Source of the DNA: an uncultured cyanobacterium
GTDB lineage: Bacteria > Cyanobacteriota > Cyanobacteriia > Cyanobacteriales > CAWCAG01
Length of the DNA: 64,000 nucleotides
Assembly (NCBI GenBank): GCA_963793425.1
Contig: CAWCAG010000003.1
Span: forward strand, 39,085 to 103,084
Reading direction: 5' to 3'
In this document: positions 39,557-49,703 of the stretch, in pieces
Numbering within the stretch: position 1 is the first letter of the stretch
Layout: the number at the start of each line of letters is the position of its first letter
Position numbers and translations under genes: made by a program
The notes under the pieces: generated by a model
Database searches by the model: none
What the model was told of the DNA's origin: nothing
Seen by the model: only the letters and a program-made list of their open reading frames with translations

Positions 39557-42294
39557 CCAGCCAATACCTCATTTAACTCAGCCAAAATCCCCAGCAACTT
39601 ATCACCAAATAACTCATAAGCCCGAAAAGCACCACCTTCGTTAACAAAAGGCATATTCTCCAAATCTTCCGCCTCAACCCTCATACTCGTAGCAATATAC
39701 TCTTTAATCATCTCTAACCACCTTACCTGGTCTGGGGTAAAATCCTGACCCCCTAACCAACTCCCAAACCTTTCTTCTACTATCACAGCAAAAGGTTCTA
39801 AACGCTCGGTTTCTCCTATAGCAAAACTAACCAAAGAAACCAGATCCGTTAATAACTTTTCTATCCCTGCACCCCTAACCCTATCTGCTGCTAACTGCTG
39901 GTAAGCTTGCCAGAGTTTTTCTGGAGTTAGATGATAAGGGGGTAATTGTAAAGCTTGAGCTAACTGTCTAATTTGCTCATAGGTTAGCTGCCTTTGCCCA
40001 TAGGGACGATTAGAGAGAATTTGTAGGGCAGTGATTTCGGCTTTATTCTCTTCAATAAACTCCTCAAAACTCTCCACTATTCCCCTAGCTTTAGCAGCAG
40101 CCGTAGTATCAAACCCCGCTTCTATAACGACATCTTTGCTAACGGTATCAATAATCTGCTCACTCTTACCCTTAATGCCAAGCAAAAGCCGACGGAAACC
40201 AGCATTATCAAACACCTCACAACCTTGGTTAACCAACTTCTCCTGGGCTGCTTCTAACTGAGTTGAGTTGGGATTTTCTTCCTTAAACTGTTCTTGGGCT
40301 GCTTCAATTTGCCTATCAGGATCAAAACCAGCTAGTAAACCTTTGGTAATCTCTGGTAAAGACTGACCTGCACTCGCTTCTAACAGAGTGCGATCGCCCG
40401 GATCTAAACCCCTATCTAACCTCGCTAAACGCCCAGCTAAAGAAGTTAAACTATCTTCATCCCGTACCCCAATAGCTACATCTTGTAACAACTGTTTAAA
40501 AGCAATACTGTGCTTACGCTCTAAGGGGCGAGAATCTGTTTTATCCGATTCACATACCCCAACCGCATCCACAATCACAAAACGGTCTTTAACCCCAGCA
40601 TCGGGGACAACTTCTCGGAAATCGTTGGAGTTAATCGTCCTGGTTCCCCTCCCCTTCATTTGTTCAAAATAAGTCCTCGATTTCACATCTCGCATAAATA
40701 GCAAACATTCTAAGGGTTTAATATCTGTCCCTGTAGAAATCATATCCACCGTCACAGCGATACGGGGATCATAGCTATTACGCAAATCCTGAATTAATTC
40801 CTCTACCTTCTTACCAGTGGTGCGATAGGTAATCTTACAGCAAAACGGATTACCCTTAGCAAACTCTTCCCGCATCATCCTGACAATATCTTCAGCATGG
40901 GTATCATCTTTAGCAAAAACCAAGGTTTTCGGTACTTCTGTACGACCGGGAAAAATCTCTGTAAATAACTTAGCTCTAAAAGTACGAATCACTGTCCTAA
41001 TCTGGTCTTCAGCAACCACAGAACGGTCTAACTGAGCCTCTGTGTAAGTTAAATCTTCGTCTAACTGTTCCCAACGCCTAGCCCTAGTTTGGCGATCGCG
41101 TTTATCAATGTGATAACCAGCTTCTACCTGACTACCCCCTTCGGTGATTTGGGTACGAATGCGATAGACATCAAAACCAACGTTAACCCCCTCTGCTACT
41201 GCCCTTTCATGGAGATACTCCATGACCAGATTTTGGTTGAAAAAGCCAAAGGTTTGTTTAGAAGGAGTAGCGGTTAAACCGATTAAAAAAGCATCAAAAT
41301 ATTCTAAAACCTGTCGCCAAATGTTGTAAATAGAGCGGTGACACTCATCAGTAATAATAAAATCAAAGGTTTCTATAGGTAAAGCTGGGTTATAAACTAC
41401 TTCCTTGGGTCGCTGATTTTTCTGGTCATGGTCAAAAAGTGAACTTTCTTCCTCCTCTTCCTCAAACTCTCTATTCCCCTGCAACATGGCATAAAGCCTT
41501 TGAATGGTGGTTATACAAACCTTGTTCACCTCATCAATGGCATTAGAGGAGAGTAACTGCACATTATACAATTCAGTAAACTTACGTCCATCATCAGGGG
41601 TAACATACTGCTGAAACTCTTTTTCTGTCTGTTCTCCTAAATTTTTCCTATCAACTAGAAACAAGACCCGTTTTGCCCCGGCTAACTTAATTAACCAATA
41701 AACAAAACTAACGGCGGTGTAAGTTTTACCACTTCCTGTAGCCATTTGAATCAAGGCTCTAGGGCGATTTTCTCGAAAAGACTCAAATAACCCACAGAGG
41801 GCTTCTTCTTGGCATTTTCTTAAATCCGGTGTCTTGATTTCTGGTAGTTGTTTTAACTGGTTTCTTAGGGTGGTCGAATCGGTTAACCACTTCTCCAAAG
41901 TTTCCGGTTTATGGAAAGCAAACAACCTGCGCGAACGTGGGTCTGAGTCCCTCTCATCCCGGAAAAAAGTTTCCCCTCCTGTACTTTCATAGGCAAAAGC
42001 TAAAGGCTTATGGTGACAAGGTAACTTAGGGGGCAGATTAAACAAATACTTACCTGATTGAAACTCCACACCACTAAGAGTTATCCCTTGGGGTTTAGCT
42101 TCAATTACTCCTGCGGCCCTACGGTTAATAAATAGTAAATAGTCAGCAAAACCTGATTTGAGAGGATATTCCCGTACTGCAATTCCCAGGGCTGCCCCCA
42201 GGTTTAAATTTTCATAATCCTGTACTAACCAACCTGCGGCGGTGAGGAGTTGGTCTATCTTGTCTCTAGCTTTTTGTTCTGGTTGTTTGACCAA
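39553..42294 (-). CDS. hsdR: Type I R-M restriction subunit (EcoAI/EcoEI-like)
   Basis: ADY...IEAK, MATGSGKT, DECHR, GLTATP, QMKGRGTR. Confidence 0.92.
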   Translation of the reverse strand: MVKQPEQKARDKIDQLLTAAGWLVQDYENLNLGAALGIAVREYPLKSGFADYLLFINRRAAGVIEAKPQGITLSGVEFQSGKYLFNLPPKLPCHHKPLAFAYESTGGETFFRDERDSDPRSRRLFAFHKPETLEKWLTDSTTLRNQLKQLPEIKTPDLRKCQEEALCGLFESFRENRPRALIQMATGSGKTYTAVSFVYWLIKLAGAKRVLFLVDRKNLGEQTEKEFQQYVTPDDGRKFTELYNVQLLSSNAIDEVNKVCITTIQRLYAMLQGNREFEEEEEESSLFDHDQKNQRPKEVVYNPALPIETFDFIITDECHRSIYNIWRQVLEYFDAFLIGLTATPSKQTFGFFNQNLVMEYLHERAVAEGVNVGFDVYRIRTQITEGGSQVEAGYHIDKRDRQTRARRWEQLDEDLTYTEAQLDRSVVAEDQIRTVIRTFRAKLFTEIFPGRTEVPKTLVFAKDDTHAEDIVRMMREEFAKGNPFCCKITYRTTGKKVEELIQDLRNSYDPRIAVTVDMISTGTDIKPLECLLFMRDVKSRTYFEQMKGRGTRTINSNDFREVVPDAGVKDRFVIVDAVGVCESDKTDSRPLERKHSIAFKQLLQDVAIGVRDEDSLTSLAGRLARLDRGLDPGDRTLLEASAGQSLPEITKGLLAGFDPDRQIEAAQEQFKEENPNSTQLEAAQEKLVNQGCEVFDNAGFRRLLLGIKGKSEQIIDTVSKDVVIEAGFDTTAAAKARGIVESFEEFIEENKAEITALQILSNRPYGQRQLTYEQIRQLAQALQLPPYHLTPEKLWQAYQQLAADRVRGAGIEKLLTDLVSLVSFAIGETERLEPFAVIVEERFGSWLGGQDFTPDQVRWLEMIKEYIATSMRVEAEDLENMPFVNEGGAFRAYELFGDKLLGILAELNEVLAG

Positions 42295-42485
42295 GCTGCC
42301 TTTACCACTCCACTGGCTTCACTCTCCTTCATAATAAGGGAAACTTATTTAATTCACGAATTCATGAGGGTTTGACAAGCCCCGTAGTAATTTTGACTCA
42401 ATAAGTTTTCCTTAACCCCCCGTTATTACCCCTAAATTAGTTACCTATTTTCAGCCTTTGGGGGATAATTACACCAAACTAGGGT

Positions 42486-42788
42486 TACCTCAAGGAGTAT
42501 CAACCTACTAGGGGTGATGGTTTACTATTTCCAGGTAGGATAGCAACGAAACCTTTAACTCGCTTTGCGGCCGATAAGATTCTTCGCGATGCCTGTAGTC
42601 GCGTTGGTTTAGAGGGGGTTAGTACCCATAGTTTCAGGAGAACAGCTTTGACTCAAATGAGCAACGCTGGTATTCCCCTACGCCACATACAAGATATCTC
42701 TGGTCACAATGACTTGGGGGTTCTCCAAAAGTACCTAGAGGTTACACCAGAGCAACGCCGTCAAGCCTTATCAGCTATTGGGTTTTAG
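42486..42788 (+). pseudogene. C-terminal remnant of a tyrosine recombinase
   Basis: Translated by hand: LLFPGR...GVSTHSFRRTALTQMSNAGIPLRHIQDISGHNDLGVLQKYLEV...IGF*. No N-terminal half upstream. Confidence 0.85.
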
Positions 42789-42995
42789 CTTTTAGCTCTT
42801 GAAAGCCATATTCTCTAAATTCTTTTGTCTATATATTGAAATTGCTTACTATGTATCATAGTGATACAAAAAGAGCAAAAACTTCCATCATTTCCACTTT
42901 GGCGAGACTAAAAACAGGCTTCCAAAACCCCCTTCCCACGCTAAAGCTGAGGGTGAAGGCATCCTCGAAAAAAAGATTATTCAGTTGTTTAAAGG

Positions 42996-45900
42996 TTAGC
43001 CAGGGGCTTCAATCGCCGTGAGCCACTGATTAACTAAAGCTTGATGTGCCTTATCGAGTAACTTAATAGCCTGCTTCATTAAGTAGGAGGTGAAACCTTC
43101 AATCAAGTGACCGGCCGGGTAGAAAATCTCTCGAAAATCTTCCATTGACTTAAACGCCCCCAGAATCTCAGCCATTTCTTTAGCCCGTTTTCGCTCAATG
43201 CGCTTCTGCTCAAGCTCTGCGAGTTCTTCAGCTAATCTCTTTTCATCTCGTTCTAACCAAACCTGAAAGACTTCTTCTCTCTCATCAGCAATAGGGATCG
43301 CATGACCAAATTCATCAAGCAGAGGTTTATTACTTCCCTGTTCTGCTCGAACATAATCAACCACAACAGGGCCATAAACTTGCTCTTGATGCCCCGCGCT
43401 GCCTTCTTTCCTAAGTGCAGGCATATTTAACCCCAGCTTACGGAGAAACTGCTTAAAGATAACTATAGGAGAACTATTAGGGTTAATCTTAATCCCCAAC
43501 CATTCCTGAATACCCTTAGCTCCCAAGACACAGTTTTCTTTAAACTCAATTAAATCGGGGTCACTGTTACGGTGTTCTGCTTTGTTAGAGTACCTAAGTT
43601 CAGTAAATCCGACCGCATCAAGAGTTAACACTTTGCCAGATTTCAACCCTCGGTTAAAGTCAGGAGAGAAGTAGCGACCTTCATAGACTTTACTTTGGGC
43701 TTTCCTTCTATCCCTGTGGGGTAGGTGCTTACGACCTGTTCTTAACAAGTAGTCTGTGTTCCACTTACTGTAGACTCCTTGCTCATCAAGCTTAACCAGA
43801 GAGGGGGTAACTTCAATACCATACTTACTCTTGATCTGGGCTTTTTTAACCTGTCTCTGTTGTTGAGGTGTTTTGGTTTTCTGGTCTTCAAGCTGCTGTA
43901 ACTCCTCAACGGATAAGTCTTGTTCTTCTGGGACTTGGTGACAATAAGCCTCGTAATTGGTGTCCCTAACTTGTTTGATTTCCTTCTTCAATTCTATGGC
44001 GAGGTCATCATCCTTGCCAACATTTCTGATTGAGTAGCCTTCTGAAGTTAACCCAGCAACAATAGAAGCCCTGTAAGTCTTCATCTCTAAATTAATTCGC
44101 GCCGCAAATTGACACCAAGCTTTGAGTGCAGCGCCGCTAACTTCAGATAATTCCTCCCCTTCAAAGAATCCCCCAGCTTGGGCGAGTAAGGCTAAATGCT
44201 GCTTAGTTTGATTCTGTTGGCTAGCGTAAACCGCAGATTCAGAAGTTTTCCTATTACCCACCCAGTTCATACCTGTTTTGCTGCCCCAGAAGTAACGGGG
44301 AACATCTTCACGTACTCTCCTCAATGCCTGTCTGACACTATTTTCTGTTTGGACTCCATAAGCAATACACCAAACACTATCAAAGTGTCCACGAATATTA
44401 ATACTTACTCCGGTTTCAATAACAGGAGAGGCTAGGACGACATCGTAATATTTAAGCAACTCATTAAGCTTGTCGATACCTCCATAAGCAGGATGGTTGG
44501 GGTCAGCTAAAGACTCCCTGTCAATCCTCAAGACTTTTAGTTCTGGGTTTAATTCGAGTAGGCGTGCTTCTAAGGTTTTAGTCCCCCAAGTAGATTTATC
44601 TTTCTGCCCAGAAACACACACCATCGCTTTACCACCAGCAAGTATGTGCTTTTCTAAATCAGCGACCAGATGACCAGGGTTAGTTTCTGTGTAATTGTAA
44701 AGTTTTGTTTTCTTAGTTCTTTGGTCATCGGCGATGATAGTTAGGGTTCTAACTTTTCTTCCTAAAATGGCTTGGTAAAAATTAACGGTCAAATCATCCA
44801 GGTCAGCACTAGAAAGAATGATTTTGCCTCTAGTAGCGATAATATAGCGAAGAATTTCCCCCAACCTCTGGAAAATGGGAACTCGTTTTTTACCTACTTC
44901 GGTTTTGGAGTCTAGTAAGTGCCACAAAGACTGGTCAGCCTCATCAAGAATGACCCAGGCCCCATAAAGACTTTCTAATTCAAGTTCATCTCTGGCGACT
45001 TTAAGTAATGAATCAAAACATAATACTCTTCCATAGAATCTGGCTAGTTCGTCGGGGTTTTTGTCATTGACATTGGCTAAATAGAAGCGTTTCGCCTGTT
45101 CGTTATTTAAGGTTTGGCGGTGGGTCAAACTGAGGGTTTTACCACCGTGATATTGGTGTTCTGCTATCTTTTTGGCGAGAGCTTCTGTTTTTCCTGCTCC
45201 TTTAGGGGCGCGGATGAGAATGAGATTATTCTTTCTGAAGTTAGGTAAGTTTTCTAAATAGGGTGATTCGTCGCTCAGAACGGCTGTGTAGTCAGCTTTT
45301 ATGGTTAAGCGCTTCTGATGTCTTATCCAGAAAGAATGTAACTCCTCAGAAGCTTCTACCCTCTCCTCGAAAGCTTCTAGCCCCTGGTTATAGATAAAGT
45401 CATCACAGCCCTTACCAAGTTCTCCATTCCAGCGAATGACGGAAACATCACAGCCCAGGCGTTCTAATAATTTCCCTGTTGTATGAGTGGCAGCTGCCAC
45501 ATTATTGATAGTTGCTGCCTTAGAATCTTCGTCTAGGGCGAAATAGATTTTTCTGCCTCCCGTGGCGAAAATCTCTAGTTCTGGGATGAGGAAAGCTGGC
45601 CCTATTGCCTGGTTATATTCATCTTTTGGTCTGCGATAACCGTTATAGATACCAGGTAGTCCAATTGTTAAGAAGCCTTGAGAGATGAGACAAGCTGTTT
45701 TTTTTGCTCCTTCGGTGATGATGAGAGGAATTTGGGGATGGTCTATGGCCCACTGCCAAAATCCCAGAGCTTGCCCATCTTCACATTCTTGGTGGGCTTT
45801 GTGTCCGTCCGCAGGTGACGGTTGGGTCGCATCGGCAGAATTAACGTTTTCTGGTAGGGGTAGGTCAAAGCGATCTCCAATTGATTCCCAAGTCCCTAAG

Positions 45901-46262
45901 TCAACCAGTGGGCAGAAGGTTCTGGTCTTAGTTTTGATTGGTGTCTCATACTTGATCTGCTTCTGTTTGCCGTGGTCGTTATAGCTGCGGGGCTTATCGG
46001 GTTTAAAGGCTCCCCAATTACTCTCTTCTCTGGTTAAGGGGTCGATGGTTTTACACCAGAAGCCGCCTTTTTCTGTGTGGGCGTATTTGTTTAGATAGCG
46101 ATTTCTTAACCTGCCGTCGTTTCTCCTTTCTGAGCGAGGGAGGAAACTGGTTAGTCTTTCTGTTGGTTCTATTCCTTCTAGGGATTTGAAGTTGAGACTG
46201 GCGATTTCAGGGGAAATGGCGCTTTGAGTTAGTTCTTGGTAGTGCTTCGGGGTTAGGCTCAT
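42996..46262 (-). CDS. Plasmid replication protein, DUF3854 (Toprim-like) plus helicase, CyRepA1-like
   Basis: IITEGAKK, FALDED, KGCDD, RAPKGAGKT, ILDEAD, QALRRVR. Confidence 0.85.
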   Translation of the reverse strand: MSLTPKHYQELTQSAISPEIASLNFKSLEGIEPTERLTSFLPRSERRNDGRLRNRYLNKYAHTEKGGFWCKTIDPLTREESNWGAFKPDKPRSYNDHGKQKQIKYETPIKTKTRTFCPLVDLGTWESIGDRFDLPLPENVNSADATQPSPADGHKAHQECEDGQALGFWQWAIDHPQIPLIITEGAKKTACLISQGFLTIGLPGIYNGYRRPKDEYNQAIGPAFLIPELEIFATGGRKIYFALDEDSKAATINNVAAATHTTGKLLERLGCDVSVIRWNGELGKGCDDFIYNQGLEAFEERVEASEELHSFWIRHQKRLTIKADYTAVLSDESPYLENLPNFRKNNLILIRAPKGAGKTEALAKKIAEHQYHGGKTLSLTHRQTLNNEQAKRFYLANVNDKNPDELARFYGRVLCFDSLLKVARDELELESLYGAWVILDEADQSLWHLLDSKTEVGKKRVPIFQRLGEILRYIIATRGKIILSSADLDDLTVNFYQAILGRKVRTLTIIADDQRTKKTKLYNYTETNPGHLVADLEKHILAGGKAMVCVSGQKDKSTWGTKTLEARLLELNPELKVLRIDRESLADPNHPAYGGIDKLNELLKYYDVVLASPVIETGVSINIRGHFDSVWCIAYGVQTENSVRQALRRVREDVPRYFWGSKTGMNWVGNRKTSESAVYASQQNQTKQHLALLAQAGGFFEGEELSEVSGAALKAWCQFAARINLEMKTYRASIVAGLTSEGYSIRNVGKDDDLAIELKKEIKQVRDTNYEAYCHQVPEEQDLSVEELQQLEDQKTKTPQQQRQVKKAQIKSKYGIEVTPSLVKLDEQGVYSKWNTDYLLRTGRKHLPHRDRRKAQSKVYEGRYFSPDFNRGLKSGKVLTLDAVGFTELRYSNKAEHRNSDPDLIEFKENCVLGAKGIQEWLGIKINPNSSPIVIFKQFLRKLGLNMPALRKEGSAGHQEQVYGPVVVDYVRAEQGSNKPLLDEFGHAIPIADEREEVFQVWLERDEKRLAEELAELEQKRIERKRAKEMAEILGAFKSMEDFREIFYPAGHLIEGFTSYLMKQAIKLLDKAHQALVNQWLTAIEAPG

Positions 46263-46393
46263 TGCTTACCCCCGAATGTCAATATGTTTGAATCTTGAGC
46301 GTGGCGACAATCACTACAGATTTCAGAGCAGACGTGGCAAGGATTTGCTCTGTTAGTAGGAATAAGCTTACTCTTGGTGGGGACGTAAATCAT
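46259..46393 (-). CDS. 44-aa zinc-finger fragment homologous to the N-terminus of Rep 27056
   Basis: MIYVPTKSKLIPTNRANPCHVCSEICSDCRH versus MIYSPSKQRLIPTNRFNPCPVCSDISGDCRH; its stop overlaps the rep ATG. Confidence 0.7.
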   Translation of the reverse strand: MIYVPTKSKLIPTNRANPCHVCSEICSDCRHAQDSNILTFGGKQ

Positions 46394-46604
46394 TGTCCAC
46401 CACCCATTACTCAAGCTTAATTGTTTTGATTTAAGCAGCGGCCAGTTTAAAAGTTTGATGTTGGTCTTTTGGCATAACATAACGGGAACTCCCTGTTTGT
46501 GAGTCCCCAAAAGCGTTTATGTTAAGAGCTATTTCTTCCGTTTATGTAGCAAATGTCTGGTAAATTGTCTGACAAATTGACATAATAGACTTATATAAGT
46601 AAGA

Positions 46605-46725
46605 AAGTAATAAAGAGCGTCGCAAACTCAAAATCTTTCTTGAATAGCCCTCAAAAGTTCGTTGCTTTTAGGGATGTTAATTCAAACCCTGGTTGGATCT
46701 GTTAATCCACTGGGGTCTTTTCTTG
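46605..46725 (+). ncRNA. Candidate antisense copy-control RNA in the rep leader (copy B)
   Basis: CCCTCAAAAG...CTTTTAGGG hairpin and ACCCTGGTTGGAT...ATCCACTGGGGT hairpin followed by CTTTTCTT; homologous to copy A. Confidence 0.45.
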
Positions 46726-46958
46726 TTGGTGTCATTATAACCTGAGTCTTAACGCAAGCGGTCGCGCAAAGTTTTGCCCTATGCGGGTTTGTATCATAGT
46801 TAATAAAGTGTTTTCGTACAATAATACCGCTTGTGGTAAAAAAAAACTTGCTATTCATCACCTGTGTAGCTTTGATTGACGTACTCTTTAATCCCTATTA
46901 TTCATCAAGGCTCTGATACGTGAGGTGTTGTATTAACAGATTGTATTAGTCAATAATT

Positions 46959-47183
46959 TTATTCGCCCTCATTACTATCAATTCGTTCTTTACCTCTGGT
47001 CTTTTTAAACTCTTGAGTCGATTTGATAAAGTGCTGTGCCTTATTTAATCTCTCAATTTCGCTATATAACCCGTGCTGGATACATCGGCTACATACGGAT
47101 GAGAAAGATTCGCCCGTTTCCTCAGCTATTAATCTAATCACGTCCAAGTCGTGTTGACTCAATGTAATGGTTGTTTGGGGCAT
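46959..47183 (-). CDS. Small RHH/CopG-like regulator
   Basis: QTTITLSQHDLDVIRLIAEETGESFSSVCSRCI. Confidence 0.6.
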   Translation of the reverse strand: MPQTTITLSQHDLDVIRLIAEETGESFSSVCSRCIQHGLYSEIERLNKAQHFIKSTQEFKKTRGKERIDSNEGE

Positions 47184-47383
47184 AAATGTAAAACCACGTA
47201 TATATAATCCAGATTTATATTTTACAGTTTCATTATGGAGTATTTGAGAGAGTCCAATTCATATACTAATGTAAATTGCCTAATAACAATGTAAATATAC
47301 TTGTTATATTATTCAAATATGTATTAATATGTTTTTGTTGGCCGCAAAGATTGCAGCACACATTGCAACATTGCAGCCGCATA

Positions 47384-48492
47384 TAAGTAGTCAGTCAGAA
47401 TTAATTGTATATTACATAAATAAGCTCTTTTGAGAATAGCTTAGAGATAATCAAGGAATCAAAACCTGAGACTATTAAGTATAATTATGCGATATATAAA
47501 AGGATTAACCCCAGAAAACCTGAAAATGCTATCTCGAATATATAGAGAAAGTAAAAGTTATCAAGTCAGGCAAAGAGCGCACTGCATAACCTTAAGTTAT
47601 CAAAGGTACAAAATAGCAGAACTAATCAGCATTTTCCGAGTAAGCCGCAATACAATTTATAACTGGTTAAATAGTTGGGAAAAAAATGGCTTAGCAGGAC
47701 TTTATAACGAAAAAGGTCGCGGTAGGAAAGAGACATTCACCGAAGAAGAAAAAGCCAAAATCAAAGCCTGGATTAAAGATAATCCTCGGAAATTAGATTT
47801 AGTGCTTGAAAAAATCAAAAAAGAATGGGGGATTGAGACAAGTAAACAAACGATAAAGAGAGTAGCCAAAGCTTTATCGATGAGTTGGCATAGAATGAGA
47901 AGAAGGGTAGGAGGGAAGCCTGACCCCTTTGAATACCAGGATAAACTTGATGAGTTATCACAACTAATTGATCAAGAAAAACGCGCAGAGATAGAAATAA
48001 GATACTTAGATGAGGTTGGTTTTTGTTTGACACCTAATGTCCCTTATGCTTGGCAAGAAATAGGAACAACGGAAACGTTGAAAAGCCAAAGAAGTAGACA
48101 GTTAAATACTTTGGGCTTATTGAATAGAAAAAGCGAATTAGATAGCTATGTATTTGAATGTAGTATCAACAGTGAAGTTGTGGTAGCTTGCATAGATGAT
48201 TTCTGCTCTCGAATAACGAGTGAGACAGTATTAGTAATGGATCAAGCGTCAATTCACAGGACGCAACTACTTAAAGATAAACAAGCACAATGGCGTAAAT
48301 TGGGATTGACAATATTTTGGTTGCCCACTTATTCACCTCAACTTAACCTCATAGAGATATTGTGGAGAAAAATCAAATACGAATGGTTAGGTGCTAGTGC
48401 TTATGAGAGTTGGGCTGATTTAGTCAGCGCTGTGGAAAATATTCTCAAGAACGTAGGAGGAAAATATACAATTAATTTTGTTTAACTACTTA
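47384..48492 (+). mobile_element. IS630-family element (third type)
   Basis: Imperfect terminal repeats TAAGTAGT...AATTAATTGTATATT at both ends, with TA duplication. Confidence 0.9.
47487..48485 (+). CDS. IS630 transposase
   Basis: YLDEVGF, MDQASIH, PTYSPQLNLIE. Confidence 0.92.
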   Translation: MRYIKGLTPENLKMLSRIYRESKSYQVRQRAHCITLSYQRYKIAELISIFRVSRNTIYNWLNSWEKNGLAGLYNEKGRGRKETFTEEEKAKIKAWIKDNPRKLDLVLEKIKKEWGIETSKQTIKRVAKALSMSWHRMRRRVGGKPDPFEYQDKLDELSQLIDQEKRAEIEIRYLDEVGFCLTPNVPYAWQEIGTTETLKSQRSRQLNTLGLLNRKSELDSYVFECSINSEVVVACIDDFCSRITSETVLVMDQASIHRTQLLKDKQAQWRKLGLTIFWLPTYSPQLNLIEILWRKIKYEWLGASAYESWADLVSAVENILKNVGGKYTINFV

Positions 48493-48527
48493 TTGCAAAG
48501 GTTACAACAACAAATAGAAGCAACAAG

Positions 48528-49283
48528 ATGGCTAAAAACTTTGATACGCAAGATTTTCAGGTTATGGCAGATATAGACTGCCAACATGAAACCGAGGAAA
48601 TGATGGCAACAGACATTACAAACATTGCAATAGATAACGAAATGAACATCAGCAGCAACCAAGAAAAAACCTATACAGTCAAGGAACTCTGCAACGAGTT
48701 AGGTAAGGCAGAACGGACTGTTAGGGGATGGATTAAGACCGTTAAAGATACTTATTCTTGGCTTGATGAATCTGAAATTAGTTCTAAGCAAGGGCGTACA
48801 GTCTATTACACGGCGTTTACTCTTACTCAGCTTGAAGACATCAAAACTCACCTTGATGGTGGAGATACGCTTGATAGCTGGGTACAAACGGTGTCTATGG
48901 TAATAAGTCCAGAGAACCAAAAAGACTCCACAGAGGATATTGTCGAGCCTGCAAATGGGGCTTTGGCTACATACAACCCCAGTACCTTAGCTACTACTCC
49001 TAAATATGTTCCGGCTGAGTTAGTTACATATGACTTAGAACCGTTAGAGCAGCCATCTTTACTCGACCAACTCACCGAGCTAGCCGACACAGCCCAAGCA
49101 GAAGCAGAAGCAGAAGTAGAAAAAACACGCCAAGCTTCTGAAAACTCTAAAGTAGTACGCACGAAACTAACGCAATACGTGCAAGCGAAACAGACAGCAG
49201 AAGTGGCCAAACTAGATCGAGAAAAGCAGCAGCAAGAAGACGCAAAACTACTCTCCCAATTACAGCAGTTAATGGGAAAGTAG
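48528..49283 (+). CDS. HTH and coiled-coil protein, first gene of the operon (copy B)
   Basis: YTVKELCNELGKAERTVRGWI HTH; ends MGK*. Confidence 0.75.
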   Translation: MAKNFDTQDFQVMADIDCQHETEEMMATDITNIAIDNEMNISSNQEKTYTVKELCNELGKAERTVRGWIKTVKDTYSWLDESEISSKQGRTVYYTAFTLTQLEDIKTHLDGGDTLDSWVQTVSMVISPENQKDSTEDIVEPANGALATYNPSTLATTPKYVPAELVTYDLEPLEQPSLLDQLTELADTAQAEAEAEVEKTRQASENSKVVRTKLTQYVQAKQTAEVAKLDREKQQQEDAKLLSQLQQLMGK

Positions 49284-49375
49284 TCATCGGTCTAATCGTT
49301 GCTCTAGCAGTAGTTCTGACTGGAGTAGGGATAGGCTATTTCATCACTAACAACCAAATACATCATGGTCAATAA
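49274..49375 (+). CDS. -1-frame transmembrane extension of 48528..49283
   Basis: G GGA AAG heptamer directly before TAG; the -1 frame reads GKVVIGLIVALAVVLTGVGIGYFITNNQIHHGQ* and has no ATG/GTG/TTG of its own. Confidence 0.65.
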   Translation, partial: GKVVIGLIVALAVVLTGVGIGYFITNNQIHHGQ

Positions 49376-49467
49376 AAGAACAGACCCAAAGCTGGTTTTA
49401 GCTATTAGCTATTAGCTTTTAGCTTTTAGCTTCTGAATCATTTTTTTCTGATAACGCTCTAACGAAG

Positions 49468-49665
49468 ATGACCTCAATTAAACCACCAACTCCTTTGAGT
49501 ATTGCCCTCGGTAAGGCGATACACGAACTGCAAAAACGCCAACACCAAAACCCAGACAAAGAAACTGAGGAACTGCTTAATCACATAGCTACTTACCAAC
49601 AAAAATTAGTGACAGTTAGGTGTGAACTAACTGCCACAAATGAGAAAAAGACACAAGCTGCTTAA
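49468..49665 (+). CDS. Hypothetical 65-aa protein (copy B)
   Basis: Paralog of 24886..25080. Confidence 0.75.
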   Translation: MTSIKPPTPLSIALGKAIHELQKRQHQNPDKETEELLNHIATYQQKLVTVRCELTATNEKKTQAA

Positions 49666-49703
49666 AACTCGTTGACTCAAACTCATAGAACCCAATCATA
49701 GCA

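Noticed and set aside
46394..46510. Longer TTG-initiated version of the zinc-finger ORF
   Set aside because: Homology with Rep A begins exactly at ATG 46393.
49396..49433. Heptamer tandem repeats (TTAGCT[A/T]; also about 10562-10645, 23487-23512 and 56823)
   Set aside because: Ordinary cyanobacterial short tandem repeats, not conserved between the sister operons.
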